Positions 11,879 to 25,189 of a DNA stretch of 64,000 nt are shown here, piece after piece; the stretch's first letter is position 1; each line of letters opens with the position of its first letter. The notes under the pieces are model-generated. The model saw only the letters and a list, made by a program, of their open reading frames with translations, searched no databases and had not been told where the DNA came from. The DNA is from the human T2T-CHM13v2.0 reference genome, Homo sapiens: assembly GCF_009914755.1 (NCBI RefSeq), contig NC_060935.1; one strand, 5' to 3'. The position numbers and the translations under genes are program-made.

Positions 11879-13515
11879 AATAAAAGAAAGAATCTAGAAA
11901 GCCCAAGGTTGGGCAAAAGCAGTGAGTTCAAAGCTCAGCACTACCTCTCCTAAGCAGCTCTGTGGCCCAACACAGCCATCAGTAGGGTAAGGAAAGATGA
12001 TGCCACCATGGAGGAGCTCTTTGGCTGCACCTGTGCTTGTGGGGCTGCGCTCAGAGAGAGTATGGCCAGCTTCAGGGTCCCCAAGGCAGGCAAGGCAGAC
12101 AGGAGGCGGCTCAGTGACATTACCCACTAATAGGAGGTCCTTATCACCCAGGATGGAGCCGGGTGCTCTACTTAATTTAGGGGAAAGCTACTCTCCGGGA
12201 AACAGGTACCAATTTGCAGCAATCACAATAAGAAACATGCTCTCTCTGGCTGATGCAAGCCAACAAGGTAATAGGGCATTGTGCTGTGGGGAGAGATCAA
12301 AAGGATTTTTTTTTCCAGGCCCACGGTGGGCACTTAATCCATCTTTCGCTCTCTCTCTCTCTCTCCCTCCATTACGGCCGTGGATGTACTATTTACAGGA
12401 CCTACATTAGCTGCCTTTTCAGATATCGCACTTCCTCAAAACCACTTCAGAAGGAAAGTGAATTAGAAATGAATTTGAGACATATGAGCGGCTTTCACTG
12501 CCTCCTCCCTGCTCCTGGCCAGCAGCCTGCGGAGCTGGGACCCACACTCTCCCAGCACTGGGTGACACCGTCCCCCAAAGTCTGTGGACACACTGAACCC
12601 GCCCATGGGGCTGGTGTGGAGCCCCGAGGCCAAGGGTGAGTGCAGGGCAAAGTGTGGGCGAGGAATTAGAGCAGGAAAGGCTCACACTGGGCAGAGGCAG
12701 AGGTCGGAAGAGCGGCTCAAAGAACCAGATCCCGGGAGGTGGTCATTTTGGACAGCCCTCTGCCTTCTGTAAGGCCCCCATCAGGGACAGAGGCCCAGGC
12801 TCCCAAATGGGCCATCCACTTATAGCTGTCCAGGCTGCCTCACTCCTGCCATGGTCCCTCCCTGACTTTCTGGGGGCCTAGGCGCTGTGACTAGTTCCGG
12901 CAGTTGCCGGACGCCATGTTGGTGAAGCGCCGGGGCTGCTAATGCTCCCTCCCCTCTTCCTCTTTGGCTCTCTCTCTCTCTTTTTCCAGACACCTTAAGG
13001 AATTCAACAACCCCTCCCCTGCACACAGGCTTCTTCCAGGTGTGAAATTCCATGAAGGGCAGAGGGAAGGCAGGCATGTGGGAGTTTTCTGTCCCTTGAG
13101 TAGGAGAAAGTTTCAGCACAGGAGAACCTGCAGTCAGAAATCCCCTAGCTTGGGCTCCTGCTTGTATAGAGGAAAAAATCTGTGAACAAAGTGACTCCTA
13201 GAATTCCTAAAACTAGGACTAGAACCTGACATTTCTGACCCACAACCAAATGCTTTTGCCTGTGTTTGATGAGTTTAAATCAAAGTGGTACAACTAGAAA
13301 GAAACTTGGACTTCATCTAGGCTGAGATTTTGGACGTGAAGTTGGAGCCATGGAGGGAAGAAGGGAATCCTCTCCCACTCCAGCTCCCTTTAAATCGTCT
13401 TCTTTATTGGGATTTCCCCTAAGAGTCTGGAAGTGAATGAACTATTTCAAGAAGGGGAGAAGCCAAAGGCACACCCCAGGCCATGGGCCTCCTTTTCCAC
13501 TGCTGGGTTGATGTC

Positions 13516-14058
13516 TGTGGCAGGCAGGCTCTATAAAGGCCCCTAGTGATCACTGCCTCCTGGAATCTGTGCCCTAGTAATCCCCTCCCCTCGAGTGTGG
13601 GCTGGACCTAGAGACTCACTTCTAACAGATAGAACATGGCAAAAATGACGGACTGTCACTCCAAGATTAGGTTACCCAAAGATTCTACTTCTATCTTGCT
13701 CACCCTGTCTTACTTGATCTCACTCTCTCCACCTCTCTCTCTGAGGGAAGCCAGATGCCATGTTGCAAGATTTCCTCTGGAGAGGGCCTCTTGGCAAGGA
13801 ACTGATGTCTCTGGCCAGCAGCCAGCGAGGACCTAAGATCTGTCAACAGCCATGTGAGTGAGCTCTGAAGCAGATTCCCCAGAGTCAGGTTGACGATGAC
13901 TGCAGCCCTGGCTGATACCTTGACAGCATCCTTGTGAGAGAACTCGAAACCTTGGGAGGACACAGCTAAGCTGTGCCTGGCTTCCTGACCCACAGAAACT
14001 GTGTGATGATAATACATGCTTGGGGTAATTTGTCACACTGCAGTAGATAATGAATACA
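13516..14058 (+). mobile_element. MLT1F-like LTR
   Basis: tgtggcaggcag...gagtgtgggctggacctag...ttcctgacccacagaaactgtg...atgaataca. Confidence 0.85.
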
Positions 14059-15316
14059 GGCCTTTCTGGAAGGGTGTTTTTCATGAGCAGGGACAGCCAT
14101 GAAATTGCCACACTCTGGTGTTAAACTCATGTCAGGAGACCCAGGGTCCATTTTTGGCTCTGCCATTAATTCACTGTATGGCCTTGGTCAAGACCTTAAA
14201 CATTTATGGGCCTTAGTTTCTCCCAATGCTCAACTAGGGAGGACTTCATGATGGCTCCAATTGTATGTGACTGGAGAACTAGGAAAGGGAAGTTTCCATG
14301 CCTGAGATGACTGCTGACAGTCCTGAGAAAGGAGACAAAGGGACAGATGCCTGATGGGCCCTGACCATCCCTTTTGCTCTTTTCCCTAGCCCTGAACCGC
14401 ATGGCATGAGGCATGGCCTCAGTCTTCAGTGACATCCTCTGACCTCAGAGGCCCTGGGTCTCAAGACCTGACAGGATGAAACTCAAGACACTGGCAGCTT
14501 CCTTGGGAGGAAGAGAACTGCCCTCCCCGCCCCACAGACTCTGTGCCCAGCATGTACCCTGCCTTCTGCCCCAAAGAAACCTTAATTGGTCTTCTCCAGC
14601 TTTCTGTCCTCTCAAGGTCCCACAGGGACTCCTAGCTCAACCCTCCACCCCCAGGTGGAAAACCTCCTCAGGGGACCTGAGTGCCCAGAGAAAGTTTCAG
14701 AGGCAAACACCCACCTCTTCCTTTCCACAGACCCCTAGCACCAGCACAGGCCCCTGCAGAGTGACAGGGCCCCAAGACCTTCCCCTCTGTAGCCCAGGTG
14801 AAGAGCAGGTGCTCTTCCCTCCACACCAGGCCTAGGATGGTCCCCAAGGTTCCACTGCCCTCCCTTGAGCAGCAGGAAAGCCTGGGAAAAGACAGGCAGC
14901 TGCACCACTCCTGGGGGATGAAAACAAGCCCAAATAAGGGTCCATTTATACCAACATTCCTTCAGGCTTCAAGGGAATGCCAGACCAGGGCAGTCTCCCT
15001 GCTGTGGCCTCGCCCTTACTGGGGCCAGGCCAGGCCTGAGTCTCTAGGCCGGGAAACGCCGTCTTGCGCCCCAGCAGGCAGGACTGCGGTGAGCAAACTC
15101 TCTCTTCTTTGAGTGTGCTTTTTCCTCTCACTGGGTCTCCCGGGAAGTTCCACTGAAGGTCAGCACAAGTTAGGGGTCCCTCAGGGGTTCCTGAAGCCCT
15201 GACAGGCAGTGTCTGTAGCTTCTGTGATCACTGCAGAGGGCTCCTACCACCTTTTATGCTCTGGCTGCCTCAGCCACCCTTCTCTTTCGCTCACAAGCTA
15301 TCCAATCCTCCTAACT

Positions 15317-15518
15317 CAGAATTTCTCAACCTCAGCACCTCTGACATTTTGGGCTGGCCAATTATTTGTTGTGGGAGCTGCCCTGTACATTACAGATTGT
15401 AGAGGAGCATCCCTGGCCTCTACCCACTAGATGTCAGTAGCACACCCCCACCCCACTGATTATAACACCCAAAATATCTCCAGATATGCCAAATACCACC
15501 CTCAGTGGAAAGCCACTG
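15317..15518 (+). mobile_element. MER20 (hAT-Charlie) DNA transposon
   Basis: ttctcaacctcagcac...catccctggcctctacccactagatg...agccactg; 8-bp TSD tcctaact/tcctaaat. Confidence 0.9.
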
Positions 15519-15664
15519 TCCTAAATTTAAAGGGCACTGATCAAGTGTTCTAGCTGCAGGGCTTTGTGAGAAGAAAGGCAAGTGGCAGAGAGGAAGGGAT
15601 CCTCACTGGACCCATGGCCGCAAACCCACACACTCCTAGCTCTCTCCCTGTCTCTCTCACTCCT

Positions 15665-15710
<46 letters not shown>
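15665..15710. repeat. (TC)n(AC)n compound microsatellite
   Basis: Seen directly. Confidence 0.95.
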
Positions 15711-16452
15711 AATAACTTGAAAGGCTGGAATGTGTGTCTCTGTTGTATGAATGAAGACCAGAAGAAGGTTAAGTGGCTTGCCCCAAACCACACAGTTAGG
15801 CAGAGGCAGAGGTGGGACTCAAGCTAGGCCCATAGGCCCTGACCCATACTGTGCACTATATTGCAGCCCCCCTTCTACAGATGAGAAACTCATGGCCCTT
15901 GGACCCTTCTGGAGCCTGAGAAGAGACTGCACCTCCCTTGCTGCTCGTGCTCCCCAGGGGTGTTGGTGTCTGCCGCCTACTTCTAGTGCCAGGCCCCCAG
16001 CATTCTCCAGCTCAGTCTGGGTTTCCTGAACCCCCTTGATTGAGTTGTACCTTCCAGTTTCTGAATTGTCCTGATCTTGGGTGATCGATTTGCATACTGT
16101 ATCGATCTCAAGGGCTGTGTAATATGTTTGATTTGTGGCACTTTGCATAATTTTCTGATTAAGTTGCTTATTTAACCTATTGACCTTTTCTCTTAATTAG
16201 AGTATCTGGGTACTGCAAATGTTGAGTAGTAATCAAGCTTCTCGTTTCCCTGAGTGGAATCGCGTCCCTGCCACTTCCCTGCTTCTTCATGATGCTGGCT
16301 TCCTTTGGAGTGGGGCACATTGAGCCAGCTGGCCCCCACCTTAACCGAGAGGAGGAAGAGGGGTGCAAGTGGGGCCAGGTCTTTTCTGGTCCCTGCTGTT
16401 CAGAAGTTCAGGACCAGGCCAAGACAAGGGACAGCATTGTTTAGAATAAGTA

Positions 16453-16899
16453 CAGTAGTCTTGTCTTATCTCCAGTTTTGCTATCCAAGGTTTCAGTTAT
16501 TCATGGTCAACCATGGTCTGAAAATAGGTGAGTACAATACAATAAGAATTTTAAGAGAGACAGCATATTCACATAATTTTATCACAATATAATTTTTCCA
16601 TTGTATTACTAGTTATTGTTCATTTCTAACTGGTCCTAATTTAGAAATTAAACTTCATCATAGATATGTATGTATGTGTGGGAAAAAAATAAAACAGATG
16701 CTCCTCTACTTAAGATGGGGTTACAGTTTCTACTGACTGTATATCACTTTCACACTATGGTCAAGTTAAAAAATCCTAAGTTGAACAATCGTAAGTTAGG
16801 GACAATCTCTATATACATACAGGGTTTGGAACTGTCTTTGGTTTCAAGCATCCACTGTGGTCTTGGAACGCAACACCCGAGGATAAAGGAGGACGACTG
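16453..16899 (+). mobile_element. MER44A-type Tigger MITE, interrupted by a nested element
   Basis: TIRs cagtagtc.../...gacgactg with flanking TA; internal aaaataggtgagtacaatacaataaga. Confidence 0.85.
16695..16809 (+). mobile_element. Short MER47-type Tigger MITE nested in MER44A
   Basis: cagatgctcctctacttaagatggggttac...cgtaagttagggacaatctc match the two MER47 ends. Confidence 0.75.
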
Positions 16900-16954
16900 T
16901 ATTGACAGTTGAGTGGATGAATCAAGACAGGGGTGTGGCCCAGAAGTTTGGACA

Positions 16955-17400
16955 CCCTGACAGTTAGCTATGGTTTGTAACAAACCACCCCAAAATGTAG
17001 TGACCTAAAACAACACCCATCTATTATTTCTTATCAAACTGTGGGTTGGCTAGACATTTTTGAAGATCTGGGTCAGACTGGGATGATTTGGGCTGACTTC
17101 ACTTATGCATCTGCAGTGAGTTAGTGATTTGCAGGGACCTGACTGGTCTACCCCTCAGCTGGAATGACTGTGGTCTACTCTTCCGGTCTCTCATGTCCCT
17201 CTAGCAAGTTAATCTGGGCATGTTCTCATGAGACTATAAAAGAGCAAGGATCAAGGTGGCAAGAGAGCAAGCCCTAGTGCACAGAGCTTGTGAAGCTTCT
17301 GCAGGCATCACATTTGTTCCCATACCATTGGCCAAAGCAAGTGATCTAGAATCAAGGGGTATGGCGGAGCACCTTGCCCACAATAGGAGTAAAGAAACAG
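16955..17400 (-). mobile_element. MLT1H-like LTR
   Basis: gtaacaaaccaccccaaaatgtagtgacctaaaacaac...ccattggccaaagcaagt. Confidence 0.7.
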
Positions 17401-18032
17401 GTCTGGCAAGCCTTTCTGTCTGCCTCAGCATAAGAGGGACCCTAATTAAGTGTTGAGAGTCTTGACACTAGTGCACAACACAGGTGAGCCTCCTCTTCTT
17501 GCTCCATCCATCTGAGCACCCGCCCCCAAACTCTAAAGCTGAATGCTGTGAGCTTAGGCTCCAGGGAAATGAGGGTTCAGGGTACAGTTCACTACTGCCT
17601 CTATTTTGGCATCTACTTCTTGGAGGACCTCAATTAAGATACCCTTTTGGAGCTGTTACAGACCTGCTTGTTTTCTAGTCATAGTGGGGCAGGAGAAGAC
17701 AGAGAGGCTGTCTCAAGCTCTTGGTGGCTGCGATCACTGTCCTCTTTCCTAGTGGGGTATGTCATCTTTGCTCTTGCTTCTCTGGAATAAGTGGAATACA
17801 GCTTCTGCCTCCAAGGGATCTATGCAGGATGGGGCATAGCTCTCTCCTACTCTCTGACATCTAACCCTGTCTGAAAGGGGAAGAATTGGCCCCATGGAGG
17901 ACCCCAGATTATTTTCAGAAATCCCCTTCACCAGCATCCAAATACCTCCTCTCCCCTGTTTGGTAGAATGTCCATTGTCTGCCAAAATCCACTCTCCTCT
18001 CCTTTCATAGAAAGAGCTTTTTGTTTGTTTTG

Positions 18033-19150
18033 TTTTACAACTTTATTGAAGTATTAATTACATACAACAATCTGCACATATACAATAAAGTACACAATTT
18101 GATGAGTTGGATGCATGGACACACCCATGAAACTACTACCACAATCAAAACAGTGATCATAGCCATCACTCCAGAAGTTTCTTTCTGCCCTTTTGTAGTT
18201 CTTCCCTTCTCCTCAGCCTCCCTCATGCCCAGGAAGTCACTAATACGCTTTTTTGTTACTAGACATTGGATTGAATTTTCTAACATCTTATATAATTGGA
18301 ATAATGCAATATGTACTCTTTTTGGTACACTCACCATAATTATTTTGAAGTTCGTCCCTCTTGTTGCGTATACCAAGAGTTCATTCTTCTTTATCATGGA
18401 GTAGTATTCCATTATGTGAATATACCACAATTTGCTTTATTCATTCACTTGTTGAAGGAAAACTTGAATTATTTCCAGTTTGGAGCTTGCTATGGTTTGA
18501 ATGTTCAAATTCAAATGTTGAAACTTAATCCCCAATGCAATAGTTTTAAGAGATGGGACCTTTAGCAAGGGATTAGGTTATGAAAGCTCCACCATCATGA
18601 ATGGGATTAGTACCCTTATATAAGGATACACAGCGTTCACCCCCTTCCACCATGTGAGGATGGAACAAGAAGTGTGGTCTGTGAAGCAGAGAGCCCACAC
18701 CAGACACTGAATCTGCTGGTGCCTTGATCTTGGACTTCCCAGCCTCCAGAGCTGTGAGAAATAAATTTCTGTCATTTGTAAGCCACTCAGTTTAGTATAT
18801 TTTGCTGTAGCAGTCCAAATGGACTAAGGCAGGGCTATTACAAATAAAGTTGCTATATGTATATACAAGTAGACATATGCTTCCTTCTCTTGGGTAAATA
18901 TGTAGAATTAGATTGTCTGGATCATGCAGTAGCTGTATGTTTATCCTTGAAAGAAACTGCCAAGATACTGTTTTAAATGGCTATACATTTTACATTCCCA
19001 CAAGTGGTGTATGAGAATTCTAGTTGCTTTATATTCTCACCAACACATGGAGCGAACAGCCTTTTTAATTTTAGCCATCCTAGTGGTAGAGTAGTAACAT
19101 CTCATTGCAGGTTTAATTCATATGTGTATTTGCCATCCATCTATATTATC
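18033..19150 (-). mobile_element. L1MB/L1MC 3' end (ORF2 C-terminus and 3' UTR), split by an LTR
   Basis: ORF 18035-18430 begins MWYIHIMEYYSMIKKNE, the conserved L1 ORF2p C-terminal motif. Confidence 0.85.
18488..18831 (+). mobile_element. MLT1A0/MST-type solo LTR inserted in L1
   Basis: tgctatggtttgaatg...gccttgatcttggacttcccagcctccaga...gactaaggca; TSD gagct/gggct. Confidence 0.85.
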
Positions 19151-19164
19151 TTCTCTTAAACTGG

Positions 19165-19935
19165 GCATATGATTGTTGAACTACAGACTCTATTTTTCAA
19201 CCTCCCTTGCAGCTATTTGTGGTCATATGATTAGTAAAATATGAAAGAAAATTATTTTTTCACTCATGCTTGCTTAAATGAAAATTGCTTGCCCTCAATT
19301 TGTACTTTGTATCAATCAGCTTTTGCTGTAATAATACTGCATAAAATCACTCAAAACTCAGAAGCAAATAAACAAAAGTATCTATTTCTTATTCACAGGT
19401 CTGCAGGCTTTTGAGTAGCTGCTATGTTCCTGGTTAGGGGTTGAGTTCAGGTCAGTTCCACATGTTTCATTCTAGCACCACAGCTCCAGAAATAGCAGCT
19501 ACCTTGGGCAGGTTTTGCTCATATCTGAGGTCAGAAGCTTCCAAAGGATCAAACAGAAACTCATGATACCTCTTCGGGCCTAGATGTAGAGCTAGAGCAG
19601 GGAAGTTTACCCAACCTGTTAAGCTGAACCAAAAGGAAGTTAAAATTTGTTAAATAATATATAATCTACCAATGCACTCTTCCTCTTCCCTTTAGCTAGA
19701 ACATGGATGTGTTTGTAATCCACTTTTGGCCCTATGGGTTATCATTCTAAGGGATGGTGGGGCATCAGGATGGAGGGAACCTAGGTCCTTGAGAGTTCTT
19801 GTGGAGTAGAACCACCTGCTGACCTGGATGGTGATGCTCACTTGATGATTGTTAAGTTAGAATAAGATAACCTCCATCTTTTTAATGACACTTTATTTTT
19901 AACCCTCTTTGTTTCAGCAGCCTAGATGCTACTCT
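19165..19935. mobile_element. LTR16-like fragments (+) interrupted by an old MLT1 piece (-)
   Basis: cctcccttgcagct...ggtcatatga and ctaagggatggtggggca...aacctaggtccttgag blocks; MLT1-like end near 19308. Confidence 0.45.
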
Positions 19936-20809
19936 AGTATGTGCTCCAGCTGTTTCTTTTCCAGCGCAAGGAAAATTTTTGTTTTGCTTTGCTTTAATCT
20001 CTTTTCAGGTGGAAAAAAAAAATGCCTAGGAAGCATTCTTTCATGTCTAGCCACCCAGAAGAGGGAAGGTCCTAGGGTCAAAATGCAAAGGTTAATACTT
20101 CACACTACCATCTTGCCGCAGAAGCTACTCCCCTGGGTGTTCCCAAGAATCCTGGGAACCAACTTGCCATATTCAGAACACTTCCTTCCCTGGTCTTCAG
20201 TCCACATGTTCACTTTCCTCTTAAACAGAGCTCCTTGCCTCCTCTCTTCACTGAGTTCTCTCTTCCCCAGGCTTATGGCTGGTCTAGCAGAGCCAGGTGC
20301 CAGGCCTGGCGGGAGCATCCTTGTCTCTTAACTGACAGTGCCTCCACCTGGCCTTGCAGCTCCACTCGACAAATACTAAATAACAGGCTCTGGCATCTCC
20401 TGAAGCTCTGCACTCATTAACACACTGGGAGGTAAGTGCAGGCAACCAGGGAGAATTTACTCTGCAGCAACAGGCTTCTCATATAGAAGCCAAACACACC
20501 CCAGCAGGTATCAAGTACAGAGGTTGGGGGCCTCCAAATGCTGCCAAAATTGTTCCATTCTTCCTCCCCATAAAGCCAGCCTTTTCCTCTCCTGCCTGAT
20601 GTCTTCTACAGCTCTGGCCCCTTTCTGATACCTCTTTTGCAGGTGTAGCTGTCAAGCTCTTCTCCAGGGGAGTTTTCTAAGAGCCTGGAAAACTGCCAGC
20701 CTCATCTGCCACTTCCCCTCTTCCCTGCACACACTCTCTGGCCACTAGCAACTCCACCCCGTTCTATTTAGCCCCCAGATCTCACTGCTTGCTCTTCTGT
20801 CATTCTGCA

Positions 20810-21395
20810 ATGCCAGTACCTTCCTCTTCACCTGGCAAACTCCTATCCATCCTTCAGGTCCTGATCAAATGACCCCTCCTCCAGGAAGCCTTTCTCTAGA
20901 TTTCCAAACACAGTGACTATTTTGTCCTGTAGTTTCCACTGATTGACAACCATCTTTCTGTTCTAGTTTCAGCTTCCCTGCACTATTGTTAACTATGTAT
21001 CTGTTTCCTTCCACCTACCAAGCTGTATGTACCTTGAATAAATGGTCAAGGCGATTTTTATATTTTGGTCTCCAGCGCCTGGCATAGTGTCAGACAGATT
21101 GCAAGTGTTCAGTCAGTATTTGCTGATGACTGGAGGGAGGAATGAATGAGCAAAAATAGACAAATGAATAAATAAATAGGTATATAGAAGCCTGCTCAGA
21201 TGTCTTTTCCCCTTCTAGCACTTATTTCTGTTGATTGTGTATTATACATTCATTTTTTATCTTCTCTTCCACTCTACTGTTAGCACCAGAAAGACACAGG
21301 CATCTGTTTTATTTACAGCTGTATCGTCAGTGTCCAGCTCAGAGCCTGGGCCTTAAAAGGTACACAATAAACAACTGTTTGTCTAAATTAAAAAA
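20810..21395 (+). mobile_element. L2 fragments
   Basis: aactcctatccatccttcagg...tcctccaggaagccttt...gcgcctggcatagt...gaatgaatga. Confidence 0.65.
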
Positions 21396-21669
21396 TAAAA
21401 GATGACTACATTGGAGTACACATAAAAGCATGAGTATATACCAGGATAAAACCAAGAAGATCCAGTCAGTTTTGTAAACTAGAGAGACTTGGGAAATTCT
21501 TCTTGGGGAAAGACTGCTCTTCTCTTGGGAGAAAGAAAACTATAACAGGCCTCTCAGTTTTATAAAGGCAAGGCTGCAGGCTTACTCTAAAAGTGCATGT
21601 TAAGGAAATTCAGGGCCAAACTTAAGAGTCTGCCCTATGAATAAGGGCGTGTATGTATTTGTACCTTAA

Positions 21670-22005
<336 letters not shown>

Positions 22006-22673
22006 ATTAATTTTTTTTTAAAATATTAAAAGAGTGGCAGTTTTTCATTTTTGTTCTGTTTTCTTCTTCCTGATGAGTAGGAAGGTAGAAGTTCCATGGC
22101 TTTGGGCCCAGATGAGAGAAGACCCTGAGTTGAGTGGAAGCAGCAGTGCCCCTCCTTGGCCCCTGCCTGGAGATGGAGGCCACTAGGACCTGGAGAAGGA
22201 GGTGAAAGGGCTCCTTGTGATGGGCCATAAATAGTAGGCCTTGGGAACTTTGTCATAAAAGGTGTAATTTTAAGTTTTCCTTCTCTGTGTTGCCATTCTC
22301 TTAGAATATCCTCAATACAGTCCATGACTCATGACAACTTTGTGTCACTGGAGACGTGGAGAGTAAAGGAAGCTCCTGTGTCCATACTTGGGGCAAACAC
22401 GGGGAGAAAAGGGAAGGGTCCACAGAAGCAGGGACAGCGATAGAGCATGCAGAAGAAGCCCAGGCCTATAGCTCACAGACAGAGGTGTCGAGCAGCAATG
22501 GCTGCAGGTCAACACTCCCCAGAAAGCTTCAGAAAATTCAGGTGGGGCTGAGATGCCCTCTGGTCAGGCATGGTGAAGGCTCTGGCATCATATTTGAATG
22601 GTAAAGGAAAGAGGGGCCACAAGAACCTGGAGAATGGAAGAAAGGAAGGAATGGAGGGAGGGAGGAAAATAAA

Positions 22674-22770
22674 TGGATGGATGGATGGGTGGGTGGATAG
22701 ATAGCTGGATGGGAGGGTGGGTGGATGGATGGGTGGGTGGATGGATGGGTGGGTAGTTGGATGGATAGAT
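22674..22770. repeat. (TGGA/TGGG)n simple repeat
   Basis: Seen directly. Confidence 0.9.
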
Positions 22771-24083
22771 AACTAGCTACCTACCCACAGGTAATAGACC
22801 CACGCAGAGTGACTGGCCACTTGGATGTCTGAGTTAAAAGGAAATAGGTGAATGCATTACTCATCTGGAACTCACTTTCCTGCCTAGAATCCTCAAACAC
22901 AAGCCTGTCTCTTCTGCTTCCTGGCCCTCTGCCCTGGCAACCCCTATCCCAGGCAGACAGGGATTGTGCCTCAATCAGCCCAGGGGAGGAGAGCTCTAGT
23001 TAAAATATTCAACTGCAACAGTTAAGAATGCACACTGATTAGCAGAGTGCATTCCAGGCCCCGCTACTGCACTCCACAGCAATAGCCTGATTAGTGAAGG
23101 AGGCCGTTCAATCAGCACAGCCCGCAGCACTCAGGGCCCTGGCACTGCCAGCTCCTCACAGGCTGGCCCTCGAGGGCGGATGGGGCAGGCAAAGGGATGT
23201 GGCTGTTGCTGACTCCTAGGCAGTCATCTTTGCTTCCAGCCTTCTGCCCACCCCTCTGAGACCAGGACCCTCAGAGTCTTCCAGGCACCTACCATTTAAC
23301 CACTTAATTATCACAGCACTTTGAAACTGATATTAATGCTATTCCCATTTTATAGATGAGAAGACTGAGGCCATAGTACTAGAATTCAAACCCAGGTCCA
23401 AAGTCCGCATTTAATAGTACCTGCTAGAGTGAAGGAGCTCAGTCAGGCACTGGCAGGGGCCCTTTAAATCCAAAAGGCTGGCCAGGTGGGGTGAGGCTGA
23501 TGGGGATGGGATTATTCCTTTTGTGGGCTTGTCTTGGCTTCTGCAAAGCAGAAGACCCCACAGACCTCCATTCCTGGACTTACCTACAGCTCCCTGGACA
23601 CACCATTAGTCCCTCAGACCACAAGAACTGCCCCTTCCCGCTACCCTACCAGCTGACCTCACAGCCCCAACGTCCTTTTGCAGCCGTCATGTCCAAAGCC
23701 AGGAACCCAGCCTCCTGGTTTCCCTGAGCTGGCATCAGTGGCTCTAGGGGACCCCTTCATATCACAACTCCTCTTCTTTGTGAGAGCTTAACAAGGTGCT
23801 ACAAAGCTTCCAATGACTCAGAACATAGGTGAGGGTGGCCAAGTCTCATTCCTACTGCTCCTGCCTCTCCCAATTCCTAGTCTGGCCCAGAAGACCCTCT
23901 TCAGTCTTCCCAGCATCCCCCCCTCCTTTCTTTTCTTTCCTCATACCCTATCTGCATCACTCCCACACCCCACAAATGCTGCAAAACTCACCTAGGCTGC
24001 TCACTCTGCCATTCAATTCCCTCCTCTTCCTCCTACCCATCCATGCAATAAACACCAGCTCCTCCTTCAAGACCCAACTTGAC

Positions 24084-24445
<362 letters not shown>

Positions 24446-24887
24446 TTAAACAGCTACCCCTCCTGTGGGTTATCCTGGGTCCATTCCATCATCAGAGGTC
24501 TGAGAATACCCAACTGTTCTTTTATATTCTCATGTTTGCTCCTCTGCCAGGTTGTCAGAGCTTGAAGGCAAATTATCGGTCTTCTTCCTCTTTATTCCTC
24601 CAGCACCCAGCTGGGAGTAGGTACTTAATGATGTTGGATTAATCACTGATTCTCAAAACCCTTCTGTCCAGCCTAGCACACTGCCCGGGACATTGTATTA
24701 AATCATTGATTAATAAGTGAATGTGGGTGGGTAGGGACTGGGGAAAAGCCCATTGTTCAAGATAGGTTCAAGTTTTTGCAGAGTAAGCATGAGCCCTGAG
24801 TCCCTGGCAGTGAGACATTTCAAAAGCCTCCTCTGACCCACTGAATGCAGTAGATTCAATGTTGCTTCAGAAGAGCTTTGTGGTTGA

Positions 24888-25189
<302 letters not shown>

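Noticed and set aside
18035-18430. ORF with a recognisable protein motif
   Set aside because: Remnant of the L1 ORF2p C-terminus, not a host gene (same for 48860-49063)
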